Assembly: GCA_045124955.1 (NCBI GenBank)
Contig: JBGVMU010000003.1
Span: 85,247-149,246, forward strand
DNA from: Alistipes sp.
GTDB taxonomy: Bacteria; Bacteroidota; Bacteroidia; Bacteroidales; Rikenellaceae
Direction: 5' to 3'
Length of the DNA stretch: 64,000 nucleotides
Shown here: in pieces, positions 17,740 to 27,826 of the stretch
Position numbering within the stretch: position 1 is the first letter of the stretch
Layout: every line of letters starts with the position of its first letter
Notes under the pieces: model-generated
Seen by the model: the letters and a program-made list of their open reading frames with translations, nothing else
Told to the model about the DNA's origin: nothing
Databases searched by the model: none
Program-made: the position numbers and the translations under genes

Positions 17740-18489
17740 ATGAAGATTTTAGGCAAATTTTTTGGTGCGATAGGTCGCTATGTGATGCTTTTGGGCAAGG
17801 TATTCTCTCGCCCGGAAAAGATGAACATATACTACCGCCGAACAATTAACGAGATTGAGGCTCTCGGTATCAACTCGATACCGTTGGTTGCTATTATTTC
17901 AATCTTTATCGGAGCAGTTATCACCCTGCAAATGGCCCTCACCTTGGAGTCGCCGTTTATTCCGAAGTTTATGATTGGCTATGCCACCCGTGAAACGATG
18001 TTCTTGGAGTTCTCGTCGACCGTCATCGCCATCATCTTGGCAGGTAAGGTCGGCTCGAATATCGCCTCGGAGATAGGTACAATGCGCATCACCGAACAGA
18101 TTGATGCATTGGAGATTATGGGCGTGAATTCGGCATCGTACCTGATTATGCCTAAGGTTATTGCTACGGTATTATCGTTTCCTTTATTGGCACTATTCAG
18201 TATGATAATCGGAACGGTCGGAGGATACATTATTGCGATGACAGGCGTAGTCTTGCCAGCGGAGTATATCGAGGGTCTACACTACTACTTCATCGTGGGC
18301 GAGATAACCTACTCGTTGATTAAAATGGCGGTATTCGCATTCCTTATCACCTCTATATCAGCCTTCTATGGCTACTACGCTGCGGGTAACTCGTTGGAGG
18401 TAGGTCGTGCTTCGACTCGTGCAGTAGTGACAAGTTCAATTGCGATTATGATTTCAAACCTCATCATTACTCAGTTAATGAGAGGATAG
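17740..18489 (+). CDS. mlaE: MlaE-family ABC transporter permease
   Basis: LAGKVGSNIASEIGTMRITEQIDALEIMG and VGRASTRAVV motifs; likely start ATG 17740. Confidence 0.92.
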   Translation: MKILGKFFGAIGRYVMLLGKVFSRPEKMNIYYRRTINEIEALGINSIPLVAIISIFIGAVITLQMALTLESPFIPKFMIGYATRETMFLEFSSTVIAIILAGKVGSNIASEIGTMRITEQIDALEIMGVNSASYLIMPKVIATVLSFPLLALFSMIIGTVGGYIIAMTGVVLPAEYIEGLHYYFIVGEITYSLIKMAVFAFLITSISAFYGYYAAGNSLEVGRASTRAVVTSSIAIMISNLIITQLMRG

Positions 18490-18504
18490 TATGGCTAAAA
18501 GAGT

Positions 18505-19257
18505 ATGATTAAGGGAGAACATATATACAAATCTTTCGATGGTCGCACCATCTTGGAGGATATCTCGGTTGAGTTCGAGGCGGGAAAGACAAACCTTATC
18601 ATTGGTCGTAGTGGCTCGGGTAAGACCGTGCTTCTGAAAACCCTTGTCGGACTCCACGAGCCCGATAGTGGCAGCATCTACTACGACGAGAAGAACTATA
18701 CAGCCCTCTCATTTGCCGAGCGAAAACTCGTGCGCCGTGAGGTGGGTATGATTTTCCAGGGCGGAGCACTTCTCGACTCATCGACCGTATATGAGAATGT
18801 GCGTTTGCCTCTCGATATGTTCACCGACAAATCCTCTGCCGAGAAGGATAAGCGAGTGAAGGAGTGTCTTGCTCGTGTGGAGCTCTCCCACGCAGGTCAC
18901 CTCTATCCATCCGAGCTCTCCGGTGGTATGATTAAGCGTGCCGCTATTGCCCGTGCAATCGTTCTCAATCCAAAATACCTCTTCTGCGACGAGCCTAACT
19001 CCGGTCTCGACCCGCAGACCTCAATCGTGATTGATAACCTCATCCACGACATCACAGTGGAGTATAATATCACCACAATCATCAACACCCACGATATGAA
19101 CTCCGTTATGGAGATTGGCGAGAAAATCGTCTATATCCATCAGGGTAAAAAGTGGTGGGAAGGCACCAAAGACGATATTCTCCACGCCGACAACAAAGAA
19201 CTTAATGACTTTGTGTTTGCTTCTGCAATGGCAAAACGAGCAAAACAAGTACTCTAA
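18505..19257 (+). CDS. mlaF: MlaF/Mkl-type ABC transporter ATP-binding protein
   Basis: Walker A GRSGSGKT, LSGGM, CDEPNSGLDP; adjacent to mlaE. Confidence 0.9.
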   Translation: MIKGEHIYKSFDGRTILEDISVEFEAGKTNLIIGRSGSGKTVLLKTLVGLHEPDSGSIYYDEKNYTALSFAERKLVRREVGMIFQGGALLDSSTVYENVRLPLDMFTDKSSAEKDKRVKECLARVELSHAGHLYPSELSGGMIKRAAIARAIVLNPKYLFCDEPNSGLDPQTSIVIDNLIHDITVEYNITTIINTHDMNSVMEIGEKIVYIHQGKKWWEGTKDDILHADNKELNDFVFASAMAKRAKQVL

Positions 19258-19360
19258 TAGGCTCTTTTTGCACAAACCTTCGGACAGCGAGTTCCTCACA
19301 TACGCCAAAGTATGCTGCGGACTCGCTGCCTTGTTTTGCGCAAAAATAGCTCTATTATAG
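19253..19360. repeat. ~120-bp palindromic element, copy A
   Basis: Core CTCACATAC-GCCAAA-GTATGCTGCG within an extended stem with imperfect terminal inverted repeats; overlaps the mlaF stop. Confidence 0.8.
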
Positions 19361-19428
19361 CACTTGTTTACATCTTGGGAGCTGCCTAAAAGCGATTTAA
19401 TCTTGCCGGTCGCCCGAAAACAATTTTC

Positions 19429-20856
19429 CTACTCTCGGATAGTCTGTGCATCGAAGGCGAAGGCGATGAAGATCATTATCGAGAAGGCGAGCAGTGACGA
19501 GCCTCCGTAGGATATCAGAGGAAGTGGAATTCCCATAACAGGCACAATGCCCATAGTCATACCTATATTTATAAGTGTATGGAACAGGAGTATCGAGGCG
19601 ACGATATAGCAATAGACTCGACCGAAGGTCTCTCGTTGTCGGTCGCCCATACGCATAAGGCGGAAGATGAAGAGCATAATCAGCGTAAGCACCGTGATCG
19701 CCCCCACAAAGCCGAACTCCTCGCCTATGGTGCAGAAGATAAAGTCGGTATGTTTCTCGGGCACCAAGCCGTAGCGGATATGTGAGCCTTGCAGATAGCC
19801 CTTACCGAAGAATCCGCCCGAGCCGATAGCAATCTTCGACTGGCGCACATTGTAGTTGAGCGATGCGTCGTCTGTTATGCCGAGGAAGGTCTTAATTCGG
19901 TTTTGCTGGTGCGGTTTCATCACATTGAACATCGCATTCGAGGTTGGTGTAATCATCACCGACACCACAAAGAGCAACACCATTATATATATATTGCGCA
20001 GGCGTGAGCGGTAGGCATATACACAGACACCCACCATCGACAATAGCGTGGTCGAGAGCAATACCGTATAGTAATCGACCGAGATTGTAGGCACTGCACT
20101 CAATAACAAAAAGAGCAGTGTGCTACCACCAAAGAGCGATGCGAGATAGATGATGCTGTTGCGCCAATTGCGGTTGGCGAAGCACTCCGATAGTGTAAAG
20201 ACCAATATCAACGCCACGAGCAACACCGTAGGCGAATAGAGGAACGACAACAAGAAGAGTGCTGCAATAAATATAATAGGTATGCAGAGCCACTTGTTCA
20301 GCCCCTCACGATAGAGCATAAAGACAAAGGAGCAGAGCACCAAGCCCGAGCCTGTATCGTTCTGCAAATAGGTTATCGCAAGCGGCACAAGCAGTAGCAG
20401 TGCCACATTTACAAGGCTGCGGAACGAGGATATCGAGAAGCTGAACTCACTCATCAGGCGTGCCGTTGCCAGAGCGATGGCAATCTTGGCAAACTCCATT
20501 GTTTGAAGGCGTATCGGGCCAAACTCAAACCACGCCTTTGCGCCATTTACGGTGCGACCAAAGAGGAGTGTCGCCACCAAAGCCAATATGGCAGCCGCAT
20601 AGAGGAAATAGGCAATCTTATGCCACAGACTGCGGTCGAGAAGCATAATGACTACGCCCATAACGAGCGATATGCCGAGCCAGACTATCTGCTTGATGTA
20701 GTTGTGCGAGAAGGCAAAGAAGTTTTCGCTACCCTCGACCCACGATGCCGAGAATACCGCCACGACACCCACCATAACGAGCAATAGGTAGAGGAGCAGT
20801 GCCACACTATCGACACTGCCGAACAACGACTCTCTCTTTCTCTGTCCGTACTGCAT
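19429..20856 (-). CDS. rodA: Rod shape-determining protein RodA (SEDS family)
   Basis: GAKAWF, QTMEFAK, QSKIAIGSGG, PEKHTDFIF, GIPLPLISYGGSS. Confidence 0.97.
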   Translation of the reverse strand: MQYGQRKRESLFGSVDSVALLLYLLLVMVGVVAVFSASWVEGSENFFAFSHNYIKQIVWLGISLVMGVVIMLLDRSLWHKIAYFLYAAAILALVATLLFGRTVNGAKAWFEFGPIRLQTMEFAKIAIALATARLMSEFSFSISSFRSLVNVALLLLVPLAITYLQNDTGSGLVLCSFVFMLYREGLNKWLCIPIIFIAALFLLSFLYSPTVLLVALILVFTLSECFANRNWRNSIIYLASLFGGSTLLFLLLSAVPTISVDYYTVLLSTTLLSMVGVCVYAYRSRLRNIYIMVLLFVVSVMITPTSNAMFNVMKPHQQNRIKTFLGITDDASLNYNVRQSKIAIGSGGFFGKGYLQGSHIRYGLVPEKHTDFIFCTIGEEFGFVGAITVLTLIMLFIFRLMRMGDRQRETFGRVYCYIVASILLFHTLINIGMTMGIVPVMGIPLPLISYGGSSLLAFSIMIFIAFAFDAQTIRE

Positions 20857-22673
20857 TACTTCTTTCTATACATCGGATAGGCAATCTTGCGCTTCTTGAC
20901 ATACTCGACCAAGTGTGGTCGGCAGATTGTATCCGTCAAATATTTCTCCTCTATAAGCGATGCGATAGGTACCGCCATCTCGGCACCGAAACCTCCGTGC
21001 TCGACATATACGGCGATAGCAATCTTCGGGTTGTTGCGTGGCGCAAACGAGATAAAGGTCGAGTGGTCCTCGCCCTTCGAGTTCTGCGCCGTACCCGTCT
21101 TACCACATACATTCAACCCTTTGAGGTATGCACCCTGGCAAGTACCATCCTTATTCACACCTCGCCACATACCCTCGACGATATGGTCGAAGTGCTTGGC
21201 ATCGACCTTCGTATATTGTTTCTGGTAGAATCGTGTATCGAGCGAGTCTTGACCCTCAATCTCACGCACGATATGCGGAATGTAGTAGTAGCCACGATTT
21301 GCCACTATCGCTGCCAAGTTTGCCATCTGCAAAGGCGTGCAGCCCAACTCTCCCTGACCAATCGAGAGCGAAAGCAGTGTCAGTGCATTCCACGACTTGC
21401 GATAGCGTTTGTCGTAGAACTCTCGTGTAGGGACATAGCCCGCACCCTCGCCCAAGAAGTCGGAGTCGAGTTTGCGACCAAAGCCAAACGAGAGGACATA
21501 ATCACGCCACGCCTCGAAGCCATCTTTGGCAATCTCGTACTCTCGCTTGTTTTCGAGGATATTTCTGAAAACATAGCAGAAGTAGGCGTTGCACGATGTA
21601 GCAATCGCATAACTCAACGCCAAAGGCGAGCGGTGTTCGTGGCAACCGATATGCTCGCCACCAAGGTGGTAACCCATATTGCACGAATATTGGTAGTGTG
21701 GGCGCAAAACACCCTCCTGCATACCTATCAAGCCCGTAACGAGTTTGAAGGTCGAGCCTGGCGGATAGCGAGATTTTACGGCACGATTCCACAACGGCAT
21801 TCGGGGGTTGTTTATCTCCTTGGCGTAGTTGTTTCCACGCTCCTTTCCAATCACAAGTTCGTCGGGGTTGAAGGTTGGCGAGGATACCATTGTCAAAATC
21901 TCGCCCGTCGATGGCTCGATAGCAACCACTGCACCCACCTTATCCTGCATCAACTCCTCGGCCAACTGTTGCAACTCGGCATCGATGGTGCAGACTATCG
22001 ACTTGCCAGCCACAGGCTCCTTCAAGACGGTATTTCGCTCGGCTTGTGGAGCATATATATCCTGCAAAACGACACCCTTCTCGCCACGCAATACCTCCTC
22101 GTAGGCGAGCTCCAAACCCTCCATACCGATGTAGTCGCCCACCGAGTAAGAGTCATCCTTCTCGATTTTCGCCTTTGTAACCTCGTTGATACTACCCAAG
22201 AGATTACCGCCAATCTTGCGAGGGTATTGGCGCACGGTGCGCTGCGAGGTGTAGAAGCCGCCAATATTCATCTCGTCGAGCAACAGTTTCTGCTCCACGG
22301 TGATAGGGTAACGAGTCAGACGATTCTCCCTTCGATATGGCGACTGCGAAATCTTCTTTACAAGAGCCTCCTTCGACATACCTACAAGGTGGCTGACACG
22401 CAGAGTATCGAAGCCCGACTTAGGCATATCCTTGCGCACAATGCTGACATCGTAGCAGAGTCTATTCTGCGCCAACAACTCGCCATTGCGGTCGTAAATC
22501 TCGCCACGAGGCGGATAGAGCACCACATTTCGGAGATAGTTGCGGTCGGACAACTCGTCGTAGCGGTCGTCGACGAGCTGGATGTAACCCACACGCAATC
22601 CGAGGATTGCAAATATTACAATTACGATAATTCTTGCCACAAGAGCTCGTGGCGACAATCCTCCCTCTCTCAT
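20856..22673 (-). CDS. mrdA: Penicillin-binding protein 2
   Basis: PPRGEIYDRNG, YPPGSTFK (SxxK), SCN (SxN), KTG motif; located in the mre operon. Confidence 0.96.
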   Translation of the reverse strand: MREGGLSPRALVARIIVIVIFAILGLRVGYIQLVDDRYDELSDRNYLRNVVLYPPRGEIYDRNGELLAQNRLCYDVSIVRKDMPKSGFDTLRVSHLVGMSKEALVKKISQSPYRRENRLTRYPITVEQKLLLDEMNIGGFYTSQRTVRQYPRKIGGNLLGSINEVTKAKIEKDDSYSVGDYIGMEGLELAYEEVLRGEKGVVLQDIYAPQAERNTVLKEPVAGKSIVCTIDAELQQLAEELMQDKVGAVVAIEPSTGEILTMVSSPTFNPDELVIGKERGNNYAKEINNPRMPLWNRAVKSRYPPGSTFKLVTGLIGMQEGVLRPHYQYSCNMGYHLGGEHIGCHEHRSPLALSYAIATSCNAYFCYVFRNILENKREYEIAKDGFEAWRDYVLSFGFGRKLDSDFLGEGAGYVPTREFYDKRYRKSWNALTLLSLSIGQGELGCTPLQMANLAAIVANRGYYYIPHIVREIEGQDSLDTRFYQKQYTKVDAKHFDHIVEGMWRGVNKDGTCQGAYLKGLNVCGKTGTAQNSKGEDHSTFISFAPRNNPKIAIAVYVEHGGFGAEMAVPIASLIEEKYLTDTICRPHLVEYVKKRKIAYPMYRKK

Positions 22674-22676
22674 AAC

Positions 22677-23186
22677 CTATGCCGACAAGCGTTTCATAAA
22701 GAGCGAAAGGATGATGTTGTCGAGTACCAACGAACAGAGCGTACTGCACACGATGCGCAATACGAGGGTACCGAAATTGTCGAATGATAACCACTCCACA
22801 AAGTAGAATAGCAGAGAATGAAGTGCTACCATCATTATGAAGTAGCGATGAAAGCGCACTCCGAGTCGCTTAACCGACGGCACACCCTCCTCCTTTGATA
22901 TGGAGGATAGACCACCCAGCGCAAAGAGCAGTGGGCGACGGAAGAAGGCTATCGGCAGAGTGACCATTGTGTTCAGACCTGCCGTACCCATTGTGATATC
23001 CATCAACACACCGAGCAACAGACCCACACCGAGCATCTTCCACTGCGACGACTCGATGGGCATAAGCAATATCAGCACGATATAGACCATAGGGGCTACG
23101 AGCGGCGACATCGAGAGGTTGTTCAGCACGAACACCTGCACGAAAAGCACCACCAAAGTAAGCATTATGTATACTCTTGCCCTCAT
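22677..23186 (-). CDS. mreD: Rod shape-determining protein MreD
   Basis: Hydrophobic 169-aa protein between mreC and mrdA. Confidence 0.85.
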   Translation of the reverse strand: MRARVYIMLTLVVLFVQVFVLNNLSMSPLVAPMVYIVLILLMPIESSQWKMLGVGLLLGVLMDITMGTAGLNTMVTLPIAFFRRPLLFALGGLSSISKEEGVPSVKRLGVRFHRYFIMMVALHSLLFYFVEWLSFDNFGTLVLRIVCSTLCSLVLDNIILSLFMKRLSA

Positions 23187-23194
23187 AGTTTTTT

Positions 23195-23323
23195 AATTGA
23201 CAATTGACAATTGATAATTGACAATTATAGGTATTTTTATTTTTAACTACTCACTACTCACTACTCACTGCTCACTGCTCACTACTCACTGCTCACTGCT
23301 CACTGCTCACTGCTCACTACTCA
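23195..23323. repeat. Two heptamer arrays between mreC and mreD: (AATTGAC)x5 and (CTRCTCA)x11
   Basis: Arrays at 23195-23229 and 23247-23323; the second runs in phase into the mreC stop codon. Confidence 0.95.
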
Positions 23324-24148
23324 CTAATGGTAGGTTTTTTCTTCGAGTGCTTGTGCCTCGCCGGCACCTGTGTTGCGCACCAATACCACATTGTAGAGTC
23401 GGTTCATATCTGCCGCAAGGCGCACCTTGCAGTTGTAGGATGTACCATTCTCGGCAAGCTCTATCTCTTCGATATTTCCGATTATCGCCTCCTTAGGGAA
23501 GTAGTGCGAGAAACCTGCGGCACGCACCAAGTTGTCTTTCTGCACCTTGGCATACTTGGACAACTCCACAAAGTCTATAATCTGCGTATCGCCACCACGC
23601 CACGCCACCGAGCCGTGACTACCATCCTCTGCCAACACTCCGCCAAGACGGAAATCGACATTCAAGAGCGTCTTTGCCACGGCGAAGTTCTCCGAGCAAT
23701 CGACCACCACACCTACGGCATAACCCTCGGGGGTCATCACTGCCATATCGGCAAATACTCCGTCTTGAAAGCCCTTGTCGAGGGTGATAAAGTTGCGACG
23801 ACGATTTGTGGTTGAGGATATCACACGGGCCGAGAGGTACTCATACCTCTGCAATACCCCCTCGACTGCCAATTTCTCCTCGGGTTGCATAGCTTCGAGG
23901 GTGCGAATGCGGTTTTCGAGCGTAGCGATATGCTCGGTCAAACGGGTATTCTCCTTGCGGAGCGCAAAGTAGTTCGATATTCCAGCAAAGGTTGATTGCA
24001 CCGCACCCACCACCGTATTTGACCACACAAGCAGGCGAGCCTGTGTATATGGCGTCGAATAGGCGTAACAGCGAATGGCGATAATCTCCAAAATGATAAA
24101 GACTATCGCCACTGCGGTTTTGCGTATGAAGTATATCAACTTCTGCAT
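23324..24148 (-). CDS. mreC: Rod shape-determining protein MreC
   Basis: Coiled coil LRKENTRL, ARVISST...FITLDKG, FPKEAIIG. Confidence 0.95.
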   Translation of the reverse strand: MQKLIYFIRKTAVAIVFIILEIIAIRCYAYSTPYTQARLLVWSNTVVGAVQSTFAGISNYFALRKENTRLTEHIATLENRIRTLEAMQPEEKLAVEGVLQRYEYLSARVISSTTNRRRNFITLDKGFQDGVFADMAVMTPEGYAVGVVVDCSENFAVAKTLLNVDFRLGGVLAEDGSHGSVAWRGGDTQIIDFVELSKYAKVQKDNLVRAAGFSHYFPKEAIIGNIEEIELAENGTSYNCKVRLAADMNRLYNVVLVRNTGAGEAQALEEKTYH

Positions 24149-24155
24149 CTTGAAA

Positions 24156-24279
24156 AAAATTATTCTGATTGGTAAATTTTGCGCTGCTCTTCGGTAAGCG
24201 AAATCCTCACATACCTCTTAGTATGCTGCGGTTTCGCTTCCTCGTTTATCGCAAAATTTCCTCAATCATCTCTAATTTT
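24156..24279. repeat. ~123-bp palindromic element, copy B (between mreB and mreC)
   Basis: AAAATTATTCTGATT...CTCACATAC-CTCTTA-GTATGCTGCG...AATCATCTCTAATTTT. Confidence 0.85.
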
Positions 24280-24297
24280 GTTTTTTGCTATCAGATT

Positions 24298-25317
24298 TTA
24301 TCGCATCAAGAACGAGAAGCGGTTAATATTTTTCAATGCGATGTTCGTACCTCGAACTACTGCACGCAACGGATCCTCTGCAATGTGGAACGGAATACCT
24401 GTCTTCTTCGAAAGACGGCGGTCGAGGCCCTTAATCAAAGCACCACCACCTGCGAGGTAGATACCATTGCGAACAACATCGGTATAGAGCTCGGCAGGCA
24501 TCTCCTGCAACACCTTCATAAGTGCTGCGTCGAGCTTTACGAGCGACTTGTCGAGTGCGTAGGCAATCTCGTTGTACGACAAGGTGATTGTCTGCGGAAG
24601 ACCTGTGAGCATACTTGGACCTGTAACTACGAAGTCCTCGGGAGCATCCTCCAACTCAGGTACTGCTGCACCAATCTTACACTTAATCTCCTCGGCAGTA
24701 CGCTCACCGATGCGCACGCTGTGCTGGTGGCGAACATACTCCATAATATCGGTTGTAAACTCATCACCCGCAACCTCGATGGACTCCGAACATACGATAC
24801 CGCCCAACGAGATACAAGCGATCTCAGAGGTACCACCACCTATGTCGATAATCATATTACCCTCTGGTGCCTCTACATCGATACCTGCACCGAGAGCAGC
24901 AGCCATAGGCTCGAAGATCATCGCAACCTCACGGCCACCGGCGTGCTCTGCCGAGTCACGCACGGCACGAATAGCAACATCGGTTGAACCCGAAGGGATG
25001 CAGATAACCATTTTGAGCGAAGGCGAGAAGAGCGAGCTTCTGGTCTTAATCTTGCGAATCATACCACGCAACATCAACTCCGTAGCGTTGAAGTCGGCGA
25101 TAACACCATCCTTCAACGGGCGGATGGTGCGAAGGTTAGGGTTGGTACGACCGATGAAGGCGTGAGCCTTGCGACCGAGCTCTACCAACTGGCCGGTCTG
25201 CACATTTACCGCAACGACAGATGGCTCATCAACTACCACCTCGTCGTTATAAACAATCAGAGTATTGGCTGTACCAAGGTCGATAGCCAACTCCTGTGTC
25301 AATGAAAAAAGTCCCAT
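24298..25317 (-). CDS. mreB: Rod shape-determining protein MreB
   Basis: AIDLGTANT, RPLKDGVIADF, IDIGGGT, LAGGGAL. Confidence 0.98.
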   Translation of the reverse strand: MGLFSLTQELAIDLGTANTLIVYNDEVVVDEPSVVAVNVQTGQLVELGRKAHAFIGRTNPNLRTIRPLKDGVIADFNATELMLRGMIRKIKTRSSLFSPSLKMVICIPSGSTDVAIRAVRDSAEHAGGREVAMIFEPMAAALGAGIDVEAPEGNMIIDIGGGTSEIACISLGGIVCSESIEVAGDEFTTDIMEYVRHQHSVRIGERTAEEIKCKIGAAVPELEDAPEDFVVTGPSMLTGLPQTITLSYNEIAYALDKSLVKLDAALMKVLQEMPAELYTDVVRNGIYLAGGGALIKGLDRRLSKKTGIPFHIAEDPLRAVVRGTNIALKNINRFSFLMR

Positions 25318-25365
25318 AAGTGTATCTATTTTTATCTAAATTTTATTCCAAACTCCAACTTTTGA

Positions 25366-25426
25366 CAAAGATAGTGAAAAGTTATATAACTTTTCCTAAT
25401 TTTATACGAATTTTTTACTATCTTTG
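25366..25426. promoter_or_regulatory. Back-to-back promoters of mreB and pgi with a central 20-bp perfect palindrome
   Basis: TATCTTTG on the minus strand (25366-25373) and on the plus strand (25419-25426); GAAAAGTTATATAACTTTTC at 25376-25395. Confidence 0.7.
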
Positions 25427-25476
25427 ACAATCATTTTTGAGCGAAGAATTATTTCAAACTAAAAAACAATAAAATT

Positions 25477-26808
25477 ATGGCACTTTTGAAGTTGAATACC
25501 GCAAAGAGCGGTGTCGCATTTTCGGAGGAGTTGAAGGCCTCGGCTTTGGCAGCAAACGCATTGCTCCACTCGGGCAAGGGCGCAGGCAACGACTTTCTCG
25601 GTTGGGTAAATCTCCCATCGTCGATTGATAAGGCGCAGATCGACGCCATCAACGCTTGCGCAGCATCGTTGCGTGCAAAGGCTGATGTTGTAATCTGCAT
25701 CGGTATCGGTGGCTCGTACCTCGGCGCAAAGGCTGTGCTCGACGCTATGAGCAACCCATTCGAGTTGCTTCACGCAAAGCACGAGAACCCAATCGTATTG
25801 TTCGCTGGTCAGAACATCTCGGAGGACTACACCGCAGAGTTGTTGGCAGCAGTTAAGGATCACTCGATCGCTACAATCGTAATCTCGAAGTCGGGTACTA
25901 CTACCGAGCCCGCTATCGCCTTCCGTATCATCAAGGAGGAGATCGAGAAGCGTTATGGCAAGGAGGAGGCAAAGTCACGCATCGTTGCTATCACCGACCA
26001 GGCTCGTGGCGCATTGAAGACCCTCGCAACCCAGGAGGGCTACCAGACTTTCGTTATTCCTGACAATGTAGGTGGTCGCTTCTCGGTACTTACCCCTGTG
26101 GGCTTGCTCCCACTCGCAGTAGGTGGCGTGGATATCGCAAAGTTGGTTGCAGGTGCTCAGGTTATGGAGGCAGCAACTGCCGAGGGCGTAGCATTCGAGG
26201 ATAACCTCGCAGCGCAGTATGCAGCAACCCGCAATGTGTTGTATAACGCTGGCAAGAAGATTGAGATTCTCGGTTCGTATGAGCCAAAGTTGCAGAACAT
26301 CAACGAGTGGTGGAAGCAGCTCTATGGCGAGAGCGAGGGTAAAGAGGGTAAGGGTATCTTCCCTGCATCGGTAACCTTCACCGCAGACCTTCACTCTATG
26401 GGTCAGTATATCCAGGAGGGTGAGCGCACCTTGTTCGAGACTATTATCTCGGTTGAGAAGCCTGCACACGAGGTTAAGGTTGAGGCTGATGAGGCTAACC
26501 TCGACGGCTTGAACTTCTTGGCTGGCAAGCGTTTGCACGAGATTAACAAGATGGCGGAGTTGGGCGTTCAGTTGGCTCATATCGACGGTGGCGTGCCTAA
26601 TATTTTGATTCAGATTCCTGCTATCGAGGAGGAGGCAATCGGCGCATTGCTCTACTTCTTCGAGAAGGCTTGTGGTATCAGCGGCTATATGATTGAGGTT
26701 AATCCGTTCAACCAGCCAGGCGTTGAGGCGTACAAGAAGAATATGTTTGCATTGCTCGACAAACCAGGCTACGAGGAGGAGAGCAAGGCGATTAAGGCGA
26801 GACTCTAA
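25477..26808 (+). CDS. pgi: Glucose-6-phosphate isomerase
   Basis: [45 protein letters not shown]. Confidence 0.98.
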   Translation: MALLKLNTAKSGVAFSEELKASALAANALLHSGKGAGNDFLGWVNLPSSIDKAQIDAINACAASLRAKADVVICIGIGGSYLGAKAVLDAMSNPFELLHAKHENPIVLFAGQNISEDYTAELLAAVKDHSIATIVISKSGTTTEPAIAFRIIKEEIEKRYGKEEAKSRIVAITDQARGALKTLATQEGYQTFVIPDNVGGRFSVLTPVGLLPLAVGGVDIAKLVAGAQVMEAATAEGVAFEDNLAAQYAATRNVLYNAGKKIEILGSYEPKLQNINEWWKQLYGESEGKEGKGIFPASVTFTADLHSMGQYIQEGERTLFETIISVEKPAHEVKVEADEANLDGLNFLAGKRLHEINKMAELGVQLAHIDGGVPNILIQIPAIEEEAIGALLYFFEKACGISGYMIEVNPFNQPGVEAYKKNMFALLDKPGYEEESKAIKARL

Positions 26809-26811
26809 TTT

Positions 26812-26971
26812 TGGAGTGGAGAGTTGAAAATGGAGAGTTGAGAGTTTTTCTCGACTCTCTTTTTTTAGGGCTATTAGCCATTGGCCATTAGCCATTAGCT
26901 TTTTAGGGGTGATAGGGATAATAGGGGTAATAGGGTTTTTCTAAACTCACTAAATTCCCTAAATTCTCTAA
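26812..26971. repeat. Heptamer arrays (GGAGAGT; CCATTAG) plus a composite 9-mer element
   Basis: 26812-26845, 26871-26899 and 26894-26971; the last is the near reverse complement of 33741-33826. Confidence 0.85.
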
Positions 26972-27001
26972 TCTCCATAAATTCCCTCTCTTCCTGACTT
27001 C

Positions 27002-27124
27002 AAAATCGTAAATGGTTGAGGGAATTTTGTGCAAGGCTAGGCGTTGAGTGCGGAGCATACTTGGCGTATGTGAGCAACTCAACGACCGACGACTTGTGCA
27101 AAATTCACCAACCAGAACGATTTT
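27002..27124. repeat. ~123-bp palindromic element, copy C (opposite orientation)
   Basis: CGGAGCATAC-TTGGC-GTATGTGAG core; termini AAAATCGT...ACGATTTT; closely similar to copy E at 62407. Confidence 0.88.
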
Positions 27125-27129
27125 CCTAC

Positions 27130-27167
27130 AAAAAAAGATAGACACTCGATTGAGTGTCTATCTTTTT
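27130..27167 (-). terminator. Rho-independent terminator after rpmE2
   Basis: AAAAAGATAGACACTC-GATT-GAGTGTCTATCTTTTT hairpin with A/T tails on both sides. Confidence 0.85.
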
Positions 27168-27183
27168 CCATAGAAGAGCAAAA

Positions 27184-27444
27184 TTACTTCTTCTTATCGT
27201 AGCGCTTTGCGTAACGGCTCATAAACTTATCCACACGACCGGCGGTATCTACCAACTTCATCTTACCAGTGTAGAATGGGTGAGATGTGTTAGAGATTTC
27301 CATCTTATACACGGGATAGGTTTCGCCGTTCACCTCGATGGTCTCCTTTGTCGAAACGGCGGACCTGCACAAAAACACGTGGTCATTCGACATATCCTTG
27401 AATGCCACCAAACGATAATTCTCTGGATGAATTCCCTTTTTCAT
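27184..27444 (-). CDS. rpmE2: 50S ribosomal protein L31 type B
   Basis: MKKGIHPENY, EISNTSHPFYTGK, GRVDKF; no zinc-binding cysteine pairs. Confidence 0.97.
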   Translation of the reverse strand: MKKGIHPENYRLVAFKDMSNDHVFLCRSAVSTKETIEVNGETYPVYKMEISNTSHPFYTGKMKLVDTAGRVDKFMSRYAKRYDKKK

Positions 27445-27493
27445 CTTGAATGTGTTTTTTGTTAATTAAGTACTTAATTGCAATAATGCGGTG

Positions 27494-27541
27494 CAAAGGT
27501 AGAATAAAAAATTCAGAATGCAAAATGCAAAATGCAAAATT
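27494..27541 (-). promoter_or_regulatory. rpmE2 promoter with a (CAAAATG)x4 heptamer array across the -33 region
   Basis: TACCTTTG on the minus strand at 27494-27501; a TTTG from the array at 27521-27524 gives 19-nt spacing. Confidence 0.7.
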
Positions 27542-27584
27542 TTCTACTTTTCCACCTTTTCATCCGAAAATTGGGGGGATTTCT

Positions 27585-27770
27585 CATAGGAGATGCACCT
27601 GCGATGCTTGATAAGAGGCGGAGCAGAGCTCCTTTATGGGAGATACCGACAAGTCGGCTTGATAGGAATTGTGTCCTGGCTTATCTTGTCAAGTAGTCGC
27701 AAGACTACGCCTCCTATCAAGCAATTCTTTGAATTGCACCTCCTATCAAGGGCGCAGCACGACTCTTATA
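27585..27770. repeat. Array of CNYCTCCT-ATCAAG units each followed by a different mini-hairpin; two halves in inverted orientation
   Basis: Three units on each strand; related units at 63730-63804. Confidence 0.85.
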
Positions 27771-27826
27771 TGCTAAACAAATAGCGGCTTGGATTTCCCA
27801 AGCCGCTGTTGTTTAGTTACTCTTTT

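Noticed and set aside
17740-19257. mlaE-mlaF without an adjacent mlaD
   Set aside because: Split Mla/Mce loci are common; not informative without the rest of the genome.
23218-23496. 92-aa ORF with THCSLL repeats
   Set aside because: Translation of the heptamer array and antisense mreC; not a gene.
27585-27770. Possible CRISPR array (also 63730-63804 and 55031-55270)
   Set aside because: Repeats are 14 nt or shorter, spacers are 9-15 nt and self-complementary, halves are inverted, and there are no cas genes.
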